Assembly: GCA_051362555.1 (NCBI GenBank)
Contig: CM120643.1
Span: 9,982,001 to 10,046,000, forward strand
Reading direction: 5' to 3'
Source: Lingula anatina
Taxonomy: Eukaryota; Animalia; Brachiopoda
Length of the DNA: 64,000 bases
Shown here: positions 1 to 13,686 of the stretch, piece by piece
Layout of the letters: every line of letters starts with the position of its first letter
Numbering within the stretch: position 1 is the first letter of the stretch
Made by a program: the position numbers and the translations under genes
Notes under the pieces: model-generated
Told to the model about the DNA's origin: nothing
The model's database searches: none
What the model saw: only the letters and a program-made list of their open reading frames with translations

Positions 1-851
1 TGTTTCCCTTCTGAAGCATCCTGTTTATTTACACTTTCTCATGCTTGTGGTTTTTGCAGGGGGCTGTTTCTCAGCACATATTTATAGGATGCACTGGCAA
101 AGGTTGTCTTAGCAGGGCATAACCAGCGCATGATGCATATGTATAACCGTCTATGTTGAGTGGATTTAAAGTATATATAATTTCTGGTGCGAGGAAGCAA
201 GGTGGGAGTGTCCTACTTGGTGGACTATATAAACTTGTAATGGGCTGTTTGTTTACTACATGCATTCCACATTAAGAATGTAAATGTAACTGCTACGTGG
301 ATATATGAAACAGCTGGATTGGGTGTCCTTAAGAAGCATAAGACGCATTATTTTTTTAATGGAATTATTACCTCTTTGCAGGAGATATGGTATGTATAGC
401 GATTTCAAACATAGGGAACTAGTAAACAAGTACATAGATACAGATAGATGAGTGTAGATTGATCATACGCCTTCATTTGGTACTTACGCTGCCCAGGCTT
501 GATGTTGAAGTGTGTAATAACTTTATAGATCTAAGTACTATATACTGAATGTCATGTAGTTGTGGAGGCATTGGAGTTTTTTATTTTTTATTTTTTCATT
601 ATTATTATTTTGCTGTGATGATGTTTTTTTTTTCCACATGTTTAATGTGTTCCTGATGTTCCACTCACTTGCCTGTTAATTATTGTTCATCTTGTCTGGG
701 ATGAACAGGTTTTAACAGGTTTTGAAGTGAATATTTTTGAACATGTATAAAGAAAAATACTGTGCTACTTAAATTTGAGAAAAAAAGTCATAATTTACTC
801 TCTTTTGAAAAAATAATTAACATGTTTTTTTGTCTTCGTATGACTCAGTTG

Positions 852-1250
852 TTCACCTTGGATAAGACTGGCCAGAATATAAACCAGGTTTAACTGCCAG
901 ATGTTGACCTTGCCCAAGACTGGTCTTGAAAACCAGGTTTAGTTGCCATATGTTGACCTTGCCCAAGACTGGTCTTGAAAACCAGGTTCAGTTGCCATAT
1001 GTTGACCTTGTCTTAGATTGTTCTTGAAAACCAGGGCTCTGTAACTTGAAAACATTGCGAATTGTGAACAGCGATATCACCTTTTATATCAAGGCTATTA
1101 TATGGGGCGGGTTATGGAATCGAGATTCTTGCGCTTGGTCGCAATTCGCGATGTTTTCAAGTTACGGAGCCCAGGTTCAGTTTCCATATGTTGACCTTGC
1201 CCAGGACTGGTCTTGTAAACCAGGTTTAGTTGCCATATGTTGACCTTGCA
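852..1250. repeat. 49-bp tandem repeat (about 5-6 units) interrupted by a MITE
   Basis: Unit ATGTTGACCTTGCCCAAGACTGGTCTTGAAAACCAGGTTTAGTTGCCAT at 901, 950, 999 (split), 1188. Confidence 0.9.
1035..1171. mobile_element. 137-bp palindromic MITE, CAG TSD (PIF/Harbinger-like)
   Basis: TIR GGCTCYGTAACTTGAAAACATYGCGAATTG; CAG duplicated relative to neighbouring intact repeat units. Confidence 0.85.
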
Positions 1251-3067
1251 CAGGTTGTCTCTAATACACCCACCCTTCCTTTATCCATCCTCTCCTAGAT
1301 CTCTTTAGACTATTCATATTGAGGTCACAAAACATGCAAGGTGAGCCAAGGCATAATTCAAGCATGTAATGGAGAGGTGTTGCAGTAAATAAGGCACAAT
1401 TGTGAAGGTTAACAGAATAAAGATATTTTGTCATTGTATATCACCGAAAATAGGTAAACATTGCTTGGTTGCTTACTTGGATTTTTTCTTGTCTGGATGT
1501 ACCCCGAGGGTCAGGGTTATTTCAGTGGCATGTGTGTATTCTGGGGCTCGGAGTTATTTCAGTGGCATGGATGTACGCTGGGGGCAAGGGTAATTTCAGT
1601 GGTAAACTCTTTATTTTGTACACAGTAGTCAACATCTGACATGCCAATGTTGAATTAGTGTTCTTGTTATTTATTGCCTGGAAAACACTCCTCAAAAAGA
1701 ATTAATTTCAGTGGTTATTGATGATTTTTTTAATGACGGTATTCATACAATATATTTATTGTATGCCAGGATTGAGAGAACTCATAGAAACAAATTATTT
1801 GCCTTCATAAATTTTTAAAATCTCCTCATTTTTTAGAGCCTTGCAACTAATGCCTGAAAATTTCATAACATTGTTAGTTGGTGTGCAAATGCCAGTTTCC
1901 TTTTCTCAGCCTCTAGCTGATCTTTTCTTGCATTCTGTTAAGAATCTGTATGTTTGCAAGCTTTACTGCCTTTTTTGGGCCTTAAGTTGCCCAGAAAAAT
2001 GTATGTTTTTATCACAACACTGACAGCAGCCAGGGTGCTAATAAAGATTTCTTGTCTTTGCCATTAGCTGTCAGTGTTCCATCAGTGTTGTGAGCAGCCA
2101 GATTTGTTTTAAATGTATTCATTGCATTTATGCCCAGATAAATATTCTCAAGCAAACCAGCATGACTCACTGCTTCCAGACTAGTAATTTGCTTCTCAAG
2201 GATGATTCCCTAAGTAAGCTTATTGATATTTTCATCCTTAAAATTCTTGTTTTCTGTGTCATCAATGACTTGGGATAGATCCTGAGAATTTAGGCGGTTT
2301 TTGGCAGATTTGGTAAGAATAGCTTTGTTTTCATAGATAGTAATTTATAGACAGAAGCAGAGTAGCCTAGCTTATTAATATGAAGCTGTTACAAAGAGAT
2401 GTGTAATCTCCTTTAAATCCCGTCAGAGGATGACTTCCAGAAAAAAAATTCTCCTAAAGAGAAGAAAAGGAGTCTCAAGATTTCTCACAGCAAAAATGAA
2501 AAAAAAAAAAAAAAAAAAGAATTCTTTATTTTTACATTATCACACACTGGTGTAAAATTAATCTCATTTGTGATTTTAACCCTAGACAAAAATTTGGTGG
2601 TATAAAAAAATGCCTCAACTGGCTCAAGCTGGACTTCAGAAAGATTAGAGCAGTTTACGAGAGAGTCTAATAGCTATTTCACTATGGTTCTATGGTTTAT
2701 AATCCACTGGGAAGTGAAGGGTTATTCTAGCTGGTACTCACTCACTCAGCAAGGTTGTAATTTGTTCCATGAACATCATACTTGCCAACTTTAGATTTGG
2801 TACAAGGGTAGGGTCATACAGTGGATTTTTTGTTTGCCTCGGTTGACAGGGCATTGTTACAGTAATCTAGGACATACTAAAGGTTCCGTACGTTCTAGCA
2901 TGAATGAATATGCACTCTTGAATGATGACCATGTACTAGCTTAATATGCATATGCATGCAGGCAAATGCACATGCACACACACATACAAAGACAGAGAGA
3001 GAGGAAGAGGAGCAGCATGCTTGATAGATGATTTTACCGGCTTTATGTTTGAAATTATTTGTCAACA

Positions 3068-3167
<100 letters not shown>

Positions 3168-4742
3168 CATCATTTTTGAGGCAAAGGATTTTTATTTTGA
3201 CTAGTTTCCAGTCATTTTTAAGTTGTCAAAACATAGTTCTACATGATGCCTATTCTGTTTTCAGATATACGCCAGTGAAATACTATAATTAATCAGGAAA
3301 TTACTAGGAAGAAATCACAAAAGGTAAGAAAACTTTTAGAATTGATTAATAATTATAACATTGTTTCTAATGGAAGAAATTATGTTACCTCAGATAATAT
3401 GCAGGATACACATATCGCAAAATCCAAGTTGCAGATAAATATTTTTTTTTTTTTATTTATCAATTTTTATGGTTTTTATGTTTATGTCTGCCCAATACGA
3501 CATGTATGTAATATATTGGGATTTTTTTAAAAAAATTCCTGGCAGTTGTTTTAAGTAACTCGAGGAAATTTAATGATGTAGGTTATAAAAAGCATAAAGA
3601 TTACTTCCAACCCAAAGGCTGTCAAGATAACTGCAAGATGTTTATAGGAGAAATCAGATCAATTAGGTGTGAAACAAGGCATAGGTCACAAATAACTAGC
3701 ACGAAATACTTCCTTGTATGATGGTGAACACGTTTATCACACCGTCACTTCATCATAGCGTGTTATCCAATTTTTTCCCAACCTCAATAGATATTCTTTT
3801 TTGTTTCTCAGCATTAAAAGCATCCTCGCATAACTTTGAATTTTGGTGTTATTTTTAACGAGTAATAGAAAGTGGTAATTAGCCACAAAACTAGCTTCGT
3901 CTGACACAAACAAGTGCCTCTTTCCACTGAAGTCTGAATATTGTAGAGAAGTGTTTACTTTCTCTTAAACATAAGCATTGATATAAAAATAGAGAGGATT
4001 ACACTTTGGTTGCTTTCATATTATTGAAATCTTTAAAAAGTTGGTGTCATTTGGCCCAAATTATTATTTATATATTTATTGTTTTGCCTTTAAAAAATAA
4101 AACAGTTGAATTCAAATTTTAATAAAGGTGAAATACTTTTAAAATGCAAAATGGAAGGTGTTACAAAGATTGAAAAACATGATGGCAGCACAAACAATAG
4201 TCTGTCATTTTGTTTATCCTTTAAAAACTCTTATGGGTTGATTTCCATGTCAATAGTGCACGCATAACAGGCATTTGTCTAAGCTATTACCCAATACCAC
4301 TCCAGACAGTGCGAGCTGAAGTCATGTCATGTTTAGTATATGACGTTATTTCGCAGAAAAATAATGTTCTCATTATCACTCTATGGCATTCATTGGTGAA
4401 AGTATGCAATGCACTGGTAAACCTAATGACTCAGGCATTCCATTTTCTCAATTTTGGACCACAAAAGTATGACGTGTTTCCACTTAAGTTGGGTTCAACT
4501 AACTGTGGATGGTTTATCCCCAACTGGGAGTCTGATTATGACAAGTTCACAGGGGTGGGGAGGAGGGGGGGGGGGAGAGGGGAAAAAACAACCTAATGAC
4601 ATGTGCAGCCAAAAAAAAATCTGTTGGTGAAAGTGATTGAAATTAAAATCTACTGGACAAGGCCTCTGTATCTGAGTAATAATAGTAATTTAGTGGTAAG
4701 ATTGCAACCCAGTACATAAAGTATGAAGACCATTGCAATACT

Positions 4743-4977
4743 AAACTAGAACAGCACTCCCAGAGCACAAACCTCCACCAAGGCAGCGATTTTTGATTAT
4801 TATTGATTATTGACCCGGATCACCACCAAAAACTAATCATCTGTTCCTTGGCCCACTTCTGACAGTTCCTGAAAATTTCATCAAAATCAGTCCATAACTT
4901 TTTGAGTTATGTTGATGACAGACAGACAGACAGACAAACAGGGGTGAAAACATAACCTCCTTGGCAGAGGTAATAAA
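4743..4977 (-). mobile_element. Short HINE/DINE-like element
   Basis: Minus strand reads TTATTACCTCTGCCAAGGAGGTTATG, (GTCT)n, core, CCTTGGTGGAGGT subTIR, GTGCTC..GAGTGC hairpin-like segment, CTAGTTT. Confidence 0.75.
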
Positions 4978-5236
4978 TGCCTTATGTTTGAAGGATACTA
5001 GTACTGATATTATAGTGATCTGAAGCTTTGACTCCCAGGGCGGCTGAGGGTGCAAAATAATATCATGTCTTGTATGCTTTTATTTCCCTTTTTTTAACTT
5101 CTAGATTATCGTGATGTTATCCTTCATGGATTGTAGTGATGAACAAAATGTTTGTACAGAAGCATTATTTAAAAAAACCCTGCATAATAGCTCCAATGGT
5201 GTCCACACTCCAGTTTTTACTCAGACCTGTGTTACA

Positions 5237-5481
5237 GCCTTATAAATGGATTAGGTGTTTACTAACACTACACGCAGATCTTTTAGCACTAACACCCATA
5301 CTAACCACTCAACCCACGAACACACTGCACATTTATTTAGCACCAGCAAAGCAATACCTAGTACTAACATTCATCCACTCTGGTGGTGCTGGTTAATTTG
5401 TGGGTTATGAGGTTAATATGGGTGTTAGTGCTAAAAGATCTGCAGGTAGTGTTAGTAAACACTAGAATTGTTTATAAGGCC
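5237..5481. mobile_element. Palindromic MITE with long TIRs
   Basis: GCCTTATAAA..GTGTTTACTAACACTAC..GCAGATCTTTTAGCACTAACACCCATA is mirrored at 5415-5480. Confidence 0.7.
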
Positions 5482-6720
5482 TGTGTGTTTACCAGTTTAC
5501 CAGTGCCCTTCCTTCCACTACAATCGAAAGCCAAGGTCTACATAATCTAAAGTGCAGCATTCAGAAGATGCTCACTGCACATGCATCATATACATGCATA
5601 AGGATTCCGTAGAGGTTTTTTTTACCTCTGGCAAGCATGGCATAATAATCCTGACTGACACTAGAAACCAGAAAAGCTGCAGTGATAACTGATAAGTAGC
5701 ATTGAATATGTATCCTCTTTGTAACCCTGTCTGGCTGAAGATGATTGTCGGACTAGTGTACCCATCAAGGCAGTTACCGTTGTCTGCAAAACAACTTAGG
5801 GCGCATTTCCAGTGAAGTTAGGCCGACATAAGTGATCATCTGTCTCAATGGGCAGTTTGTATTTTGCTCTGTCAACCTCAACCTTTTTAATTGAGGTTAT
5901 AGAGCCAAAAATCCTTCAGTTGATGTCCTATGATGAAATAGCTATGTGCATCCAGGTTTCCAAGATGGGTGTTCCCAAGTTGGGTAGACTCAAGGTGAAT
6001 GGAAACACACCTAAATTGCAAAGGAATAGGCAGAATTGTATGTAACAATTGTACCATTTCTTTTCATCTAATGTCTGGTTTGATTTTTTATTGGCAGTAA
6101 AACTCTAGTTATTTGAATTGTGAGCAGGAAGTAAACTGGTTAATAGTTTTAATTTGAGGCATAGGGTGTTATCTTTTTCAGGCAGATAGACAGACAGACA
6201 GACAGACAGACAGGAAGGTTGTCAGACAGGTGTGCAAGCAGGTGGACAGTCAGACGGACAGACAGACAGACAGTCTGAGAAGAAAAAAAAAACATTAACG
6301 AGCAGATTGACCAGGAGCTTAAGATTATCTTTATTTTCAATCCTTCTTCCACCTGAACATCACGTAATATATCCAAAGTAAGTCAAGGACTCAGGTTGAT
6401 CATTTGGAAATCCTATCTTTAATTACTTCTTGACATTACCTATTACTTAATGGCAGGGATGTTCTGACGTCAGTGAGTTACATCATTGTGGTTTTATATA
6501 GCATTGTGCCGCATTCATTTGGATGTATGTTGTTTCAGAACTGGAATTTGAGAAGTGCATGAGGGATAGAAATTCAGCAGAATATTCATGGATTTTTTTT
6601 CCTTTGTAAATTCTCATCTTTTTGTCCTCACTTAGCCTGACTGTCTGCTACTAGCTGGTTGCATGAATTTGCAAAAGTCACAGCATTGTTTAACTATTTT
6701 ATGAAAATATTGTTAACTTG

Positions 6721-7111
6721 GAACACATTCAGAACAGCAGACTAACAGATCCATGGATCAAACATGGCTGACCCACTTTAATGTTTGTTGCGTAATCCCT
6801 GCGGGGAATCTATTGAGTGTCTATAAATTGGGAATTAAGCGACAAGCTTTTTAGTTGACCACCATATCTGACCTGCAGATTTGTAAGTCCACTGTTCTGA
6901 ATGCGCTCTTAAGCTCTATTCCCATAGATTTTAGATCGATCTATCCCCGCGGGGAGTCTCACTAGATTACTTTCAGATAATCCGACTTAAATGTCCGTCC
7001 CGCCTACTACAAGCTGTATGGGGGTAATTAACGTTCGTGTCCGCCCGGCTGACAGCTATTTAGCGCAAACCCCCAGGGAGTTAGGTCGATCTAATCTATG
7101 GAAATGGGGTG
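6721..7111. mobile_element. Two abutting Harbinger-like MITEs (family B 6721-6908; family A 6912-7111) joined by TTA
   Basis: B: CATTCAGAACAG..CTGTTCTGAATG. A: ATTCCCATAGAT..ATCTATGGAAAT. TTA at the junction and at the right end. Confidence 0.75.
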
Positions 7112-7566
7112 TTAAATGTGTTAGTTGGTACTTTCCTTACTAAGGAGACCATAGTTGTCATCAGATTTAATTGTGAGATTAGATAGTACAAATACTTTGA
7201 GGTAAGGAGCTTAGTTGACTTAAAGTCTTACATGGCTTACCTAAGATGTTCTGTCAACTCTTGGTTTGTTTCAGGTTTTTGGAATACAGGAAGTGAGTTA
7301 AAGGACAATAGGCTTGCGTAAAAAGGAAAATTTAAGGCATACCTCTTCATTTTCAGCTTTTTGTTGCTTTGGATTAACTTATCAGGTTAAGCTCACTGAC
7401 TGTTAAAAAAATCAAGTCAGTCCAACAAGCATTGTGGTGTTTTTTATCTTAGATACATCAGGAAGTTGTGCATTATGGAGCCTTATCCTAGGGAAAATAT
7501 GTGGTAATTAAGGGGGTGGTTGTGTGGTAGAGAACCAGGTTTATGGCATAGAGGTCAGCTGTGTAA

Positions 7567-7845
7567 GACCCCATTTCCACAGATTTTAGAGCCATCTATC
7601 CCCGTGGGAAGATGGCCGTCGGCTTAACCGGCTTAAATGTCTGTCCCGCCTACAAAAAACTGGGGGTAATTAACTTTTGTGCGCGCTCGCTTCCGGAAGC
7701 TGACAGCAATTTAGCGTGAATCCCCAGGGAGTTAGGTCGATCCAGATGGATTGATCTAAATCTGTGGGAACCCAGTCTAAGGGCTCATTCCCATTGAAAC
7801 CATCATTCTACATAGATCGATTCAACTCCACGGGGATTCTCCCTT
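7567..7845. mobile_element. Family A MITE (7567-7777, TAA TSD) plus an abutting truncated copy
   Basis: Homologous to 6912-7111; TAA on both sides. Confidence 0.75.
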
Positions 7846-8822
7846 AATGCAAGAAGTTTAAGAGATTAACATGCCTCCTCATTTCCAACGTACTCACATA
7901 ATCTCCAGCTTTTCTCTAATCTTATCAACACCAGGAGGCGGCATATATATATATATATATATAATCCTGCTGGTGGTACAAAACCTGGCAGCAGTATCGC
8001 AGCTCTGATCTCCTAGTTTTTATAGGCATTCTGTTTTCTGAGGCAATAAGGTTTATCAGCATTGTGCAGCCAAAACACAACACTGAAGCAACTTGACATT
8101 GAAATGACATCTAATGAATTGGATGATGCTGCGTTAGAGTGGATCACTGTTCAATTGGATGATTTGTCTGGAGAACCATTGGGAAGTTGTTGATTTTTTT
8201 TTTTCCTCTCTCCCTGTTTTTGACTCATTTTGTTCTATAGGCAGTGTAATTTTCCAGTATTATGCAGTTTCATCACAAAGAGATTGGGGAAACCAGTTGA
8301 TGAACAGAAGTTATAAGAGCAGGGTGAATCACTTGAGTTGCTCAGTTGTTTTGATGGAAGTACGTATCGTGCAGAGATCTGGAATTGCCTGGAAGTAGGC
8401 GATGAATCACTACGAAAAATACAGGTACCTGGGCTTTTTACATATAATGGTTTCTTTATGATACACAAAACTAGGGACATGTGAGCAACTAGATGTAAAT
8501 TTATCTTATTAATTTTGTTGGAGTTAGTAGGTGACAATATTAAGCTGTTTTTTTTCTTTTTCTTTCCTTATTTATTTGTTTATTTTTTTATACCATGTTC
8601 ACGCTTTAGCCATTTATCATGATAAATAGCAAATTGAGATGCGTTTCAAATAATTACAGTTGTGTAGTATAAATGCATATCTGTTAACTGTTTTTTAAAA
8701 ATCCTGCGAGCGAACCTGATTTTTGGCAGCAATTCGAATAACTCTGCAAAACCAGCTATGAATATAAGGGTCTTAATGCACATGCACCGATTCTCTGCTG
8801 TTTAAAAATAAGTATCACAGAA

Positions 8823-8857
<35 letters not shown>

Positions 8858-9868
8858 AGTATGGTAAGAGCAAAAAATGGCACCATATTTTTATGGACAG
8901 GTTTTCAAGTTTAAAAAACAACAACAACAGAGTATGATAAGAGCAATGAATGGCACCATATTTTTGAATTGACAGGTTTTCACATTTGCGCATACATATT
9001 TGTCTAAACAGGAGGCAGTGCTTTGATTTTCAACGCGTGATTCTGTTTTGTTTTGCTGAATGTGTACAGGGAAGCGATTCAAATTTTTCACCTAAAATTC
9101 AAATTGGAAAAATTCCAGATTTTTCTGATGGTAATATTGGCAAGATATTACCGTAGTTTGAATTAAGTGTTGTTTTTCATTATAACCTCCTTAATTTGGC
9201 TAAAACTTTACTTTCATTATTGCTGCTACTGGCGAGTTAGGAGAAGGATCTATCATATCCTATAACGTAACTGTTGTTGGCAGCTGCCACGAATGCTGAT
9301 GCAAAATAACCGATGCAATCTGTTTTGGATGTACTGTGCAAATTGCAACAAGTAAAACCATGTTGAGGTCAATGCCCAGTCTGTATTTGATTAGATGTAA
9401 TACAGGAAGGGAATTGGTCTGTTGTAGCATATAAAGTACAGGTACATTTAAGTAGGATGATTGATGGAAGAGCGATTGTATAACAGAATGGCAGATTTTC
9501 AGACATACTGATTGATGGACAAACAGACAGAAAAACACAGACTTGAAAGAGTAAGGGAATAGCAAATAAAAAAATGATTAAATATAGATACTTTTCCTTC
9601 TTTTAACAGTCATTGAACCTTTTAAGTTGAAAGAGGATATAAAGAGACAAAGTAAATAAAAGAGAAACATACTGAGGTAGTGGAATGAAAAAAAGTGAGT
9701 GAAATACAATATTTTGTTCTAAATCAATTCTTTGACAAAAGATGGCAATTAGATCAGCACATAGCTGGGGGCTGTAAGCTGCATTCATCTGTGGTGTTAT
9801 ATACTGTTACAGCCACAATACAGACTGTGATAATGTTATAGAGGACATTCAGAACAAATAGATCCGTG

Positions 9869-10035
9869 CAGGGGCGGACTCAGAGATATTTTCTGACAGT
9901 CTTCACAACTATCTTTGTTGGTCCATCCTCCATTTTGACCGTCTTCCGACAGAAAACATATGATACCCATCAATGTAAACTTGAAAATCTGACCGTCTTC
10001 AGGAAGACCCAGAAGACAGCTTAAATCAGCGCCTG
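9869..10035. mobile_element. CAGG-ended MITE with 5-bp TSD (CCGTG), nested in a family-B-like MITE (~9841-10270)
   Basis: CAGGGGCGGA..TCAGCGCCTG; a homologous inverted copy at 16039-16198 has an AAAAT TSD. Confidence 0.75.
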
Positions 10036-11235
10036 CCGTGGACTAAAGATGGCCGCCTTACTGAAAAGCGAGCAGCATCGCCTAATCCTCTGATGATCCC
10101 CACCTCCACACATGCTGGCACTGCAGGGGCCTCGCAAGTAAAGCTCGAAGCTCAGATTTAATCCATTTAATGGCGTGTGTGGAGGCGGGGAGACCATCGG
10201 GGGATTAAATGGTGCTGCTTTTATGTGGGGCGGGACATATTTGGTCAGCGGATCATCTATTCTGAAAATGTCAGGGTACAGCACTCGTGTTATGGTAGGA
10301 TACATGTTGTTATTGTATGGTACATGCTGTTATTATGAATTGGAAATAGGCTCTGGGGACGCTTTGCAGACAGACAGACTGTAGGTTACATGAAGAAGTT
10401 ATGTGTGGTGCCATTTATAGACTTGGTATGTATCCCATAAGAATACTACAGACTGAAAATAGGAAACATTTTAGTATTGCATGGAGAATATTTTAAAATG
10501 AAATTTTGATAATTTGGCAACCTAATATAACTGCTGTTTTGCACTATGCATAAATCGAGCTTTTTTGAGGTATCAGGCACTGTTGAATATTTATTATATC
10601 TGACTGAATATTTATTATATCTGACATGAATTCTGGCATAGGTGGGTGAGGTTTCCATCAGATAACCAAGGTTAAGTTTTACTTAACAGACTGAAAAATT
10701 GGGAAAAGGAGGAGCAGGGCACAAATCCAATCTATCACATTTAAGGGGTTCTTGTCAACAAACTAGCTAATTTTACTAATGCAGATTATTGATGCTTAAT
10801 CAGAGGATTCCTTTATCTTCTCCTGAAGAAGTTTTGAAGTTAATGGAGATGGATAGGTGGATGGCGTGCCCTGTGGTGTGCAAATTGGTGTGGTTTTCAT
10901 TTCAAAGTACTTGTCAAGATAATATTTTTTGTTATAACTCTTTTCCGGTATTTTTCTCATTAATGGACGCATTCCTAAAGTCATATATTTACTGTTTTTG
11001 TTTTTCTCTGAAGGTTGCAATGAGTTATGTAATAGATGAATTCTACAGACATCTGGTTGAGTTAGCCCAAAGAAACAAAACAGAAAAATAGGTGAAAAAC
11101 ATCCGGTCTCATTTCCACTCTCAGCATAGATAAGAAAGTGAAGGCAGGTGCACTCTGCAGCTTCTCTTCCCTCCCCCCCCCCCCTCAAAAATGGGATTTC
11201 CCTGATTCATTGACCTTTTCCATAACAGCAATCTT

Positions 11236-11450
11236 TATTTCTACTGTGCTACTGTATATGAAGCTCAGCACCAAGTATAAAGATTGCAGTCATAGCTTTG
11301 AAACTCGGGGCGCTGCATTATTTCTACTGTGCTACTGTATATGAAGCTCAGCACCAAGCATAGAGATTGCAGTCATAGCTTTGAAACTCGGGGCGCTGCT
11401 TTATTTCTACTGTGCTACTGTATATGAAGCTCAGCCCCAAGTATAAAGAT
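11236..11450. repeat. ~83-bp tandem repeat x2.6
   Basis: TTATTTCTACTGTGCTACTGTATATGAAGCTCAGC at 11236, 11318 and 11401. Confidence 0.9.
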
Positions 11451-12211
11451 CACACATCCTAACCATCAGGTAGTGAAGGTATTCAGTTTCTGGAGTACAG
11501 GGATAGCTGATCAAGAATAGGTTGCTGTCTATGAAATTTCCATATTTTTATGATATATATATATAAATAAATATATATATATATATATATATATTAAGTA
11601 TTTATTATTATTATTTTTTTTTTACTTGATTTATTTTTTGCTTAATAGTATTTATTATTATTATTTTTTTTTTACTTGATTTATTTTTTGCAGGCCTGGG
11701 AGTCATTTTCGAATCTTTTTTTTTTTTTTTCTTGATTGAGTATATCAATATCTGAATCCGTTCAATTTTTTAAAAATTTACTTTTAAATTTTATTTTCTT
11801 CTTCAAATGTTTCTGGAACTGAGCTTGTTTACTTTTTTATTTATGAAAAAAAAATGTACTGGAAGAAGAAATTAGGAACACTGTGGAGACCTTTTGAGTC
11901 AGCCAGATATTGTTGCCAAAGCAAATGATGTAATTAGCGGCTGGATTTAAGGCATTATGCCAGTCTCAATTTGTACTTCCGTGGCCTATGGAAGCGAAAG
12001 ATTGTTACTGACACCCTAACGTTTGCATTTTGTTCATCAGGTTGAAGCAACAACTAGACACGTGTTTCCTCTTCCGACTGTCCTTGGCTCAGAATTTTAA
12101 CAGGTAACACGCTAGAATTTTAATTGATACTTCTCCTACTGTTAATGCGTCTCTCACAATTAAAAGTTAAGTGGAAATAATACAGTTGGCACAAAAATTT
12201 TAATGTTTCAT

Positions 12212-13259
12212 CAGGGCTCGACATTAGCGCCTGTCCGCCTGTCCGGGACAGGTAAAAATTCAGTTCGGACAGGTGAAGTTGCAGGGTTGGCTGTCCGACG
12301 GACAGGTCATGTTTTATGAGAAATGTGGAGCAAAAATCTTTAAAAAATCATTTTTGTTGCATACTGATGTCTTTTTGCCTCTTCCTAGACGGCATTAAAA
12401 AGAGTGACCTACTTTTGGCACAAAACACATGCAGTCGCAAAACGAAGTCTGAGCAAACTTACCGCCAAATTATGCAAGTGTTCTGAGCAAACTTACCGCC
12501 AAATTATGCAAGTGTTCTGAGCAAACTTACCGCCAAATTATGAAAGTGAACACCCTCCAGAACTTCATCAGACAAAATTTATTCACATATCAGGTTCACT
12601 ACTGAACATTTATTTAGTTAAAAATCCTACGTGCTCTAGTAATAAAGACCCTTCCAAAAACAGAAACTATGCGAGTACAGTGCTGCCTGGTTACAAAACC
12701 AGATTGGACTGGATGAACAGGCTATATCTAGTTCGTTGTCAAGGCAACATACTGCCTGTCAATCAAATACCTACTAGTATGCGATCTACTCACTATAGAA
12801 AGTGAAATCTTTGGGATTGAAGATCTTGTTGAAATGTTGTTTATTTGCCAAGATATAACCAGAAATTTTGTATGATGTTTTCTTTAATGACTCTAGCATC
12901 ACCTCTGTTATTTACAGTTTAAAATTTAGTGCTGGAATATGATAAATTAACATTGCTCTCATATACCAGTGTGATATTGATGTAAGGAAGAAATTAGTAA
13001 TAACAAATATGAGAATTTAAATAAAAAGAAGGGGAAGTTTTTTATACTGATTTTATTTAATTCATATATTTTTTAAAAATGAAACACATGATAACCCCTT
13101 AAGAAGTAAATATAAGTAAATATAAATATAAGTAAGGTATTATAAAGTATTATAACATGAATATTCTTTAATTTTCATTGAACTTTATTCAGATATTTTA
13201 AATATTGAATATTTTAATAAAATTAATTTAACAGTACCACCTCCCCAATTCCCGCTCAG

Positions 13260-13290
<31 letters not shown>

Positions 13291-13686
13291 GCTTTGGTTA
13301 AACTTCATGTGAATCTGTTATCAAATTGCAGACTTACAATTAGTAAACCCTGTACCCCAAATCCTAGGAGAAGCCCTGATTGGAACTAAATAAATATTAG
13401 ACTTATATGCAAGATTAAATCTTCAGGAGTTCACAAGTATGAAAAAACAACTTTTTATCTGAACATAAATTCACTTTAAGGTGCATTTTCGGGGCTCATA
13501 TGATTGAATGTGTTGGTAATAAATACATTAAATGTATGACTACACATATTAATTGACAAAGTTCAAAGGTATGAATAAAAAAAAATTATTGGTTTTGTGG
13601 ACAGGTTGGATTGAAAATCGGACAGGTCAAATTTATGATCACCTGTCCGAAGGACAGGTGCTCATAAAAGTTAGTGTCTAGCCCTG
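12212..13686. mobile_element. 1475-bp non-autonomous hAT5-like DNA transposon
   Basis: TIR CAGGGCTMGACAYTA; subterminal GGACAGG repeats at both ends; TTCAT 5-bp TSD; internal 34-bp repeat x3 (12449-12547). Confidence 0.8.

Noticed and set aside
852-1250. Repeat array with one unique insert resembling CRISPR repeat-spacer structure
   Set aside because: Units are contiguous without spacers, the insert is a MITE with a TSD, the DNA is eukaryotic and there are no cas genes
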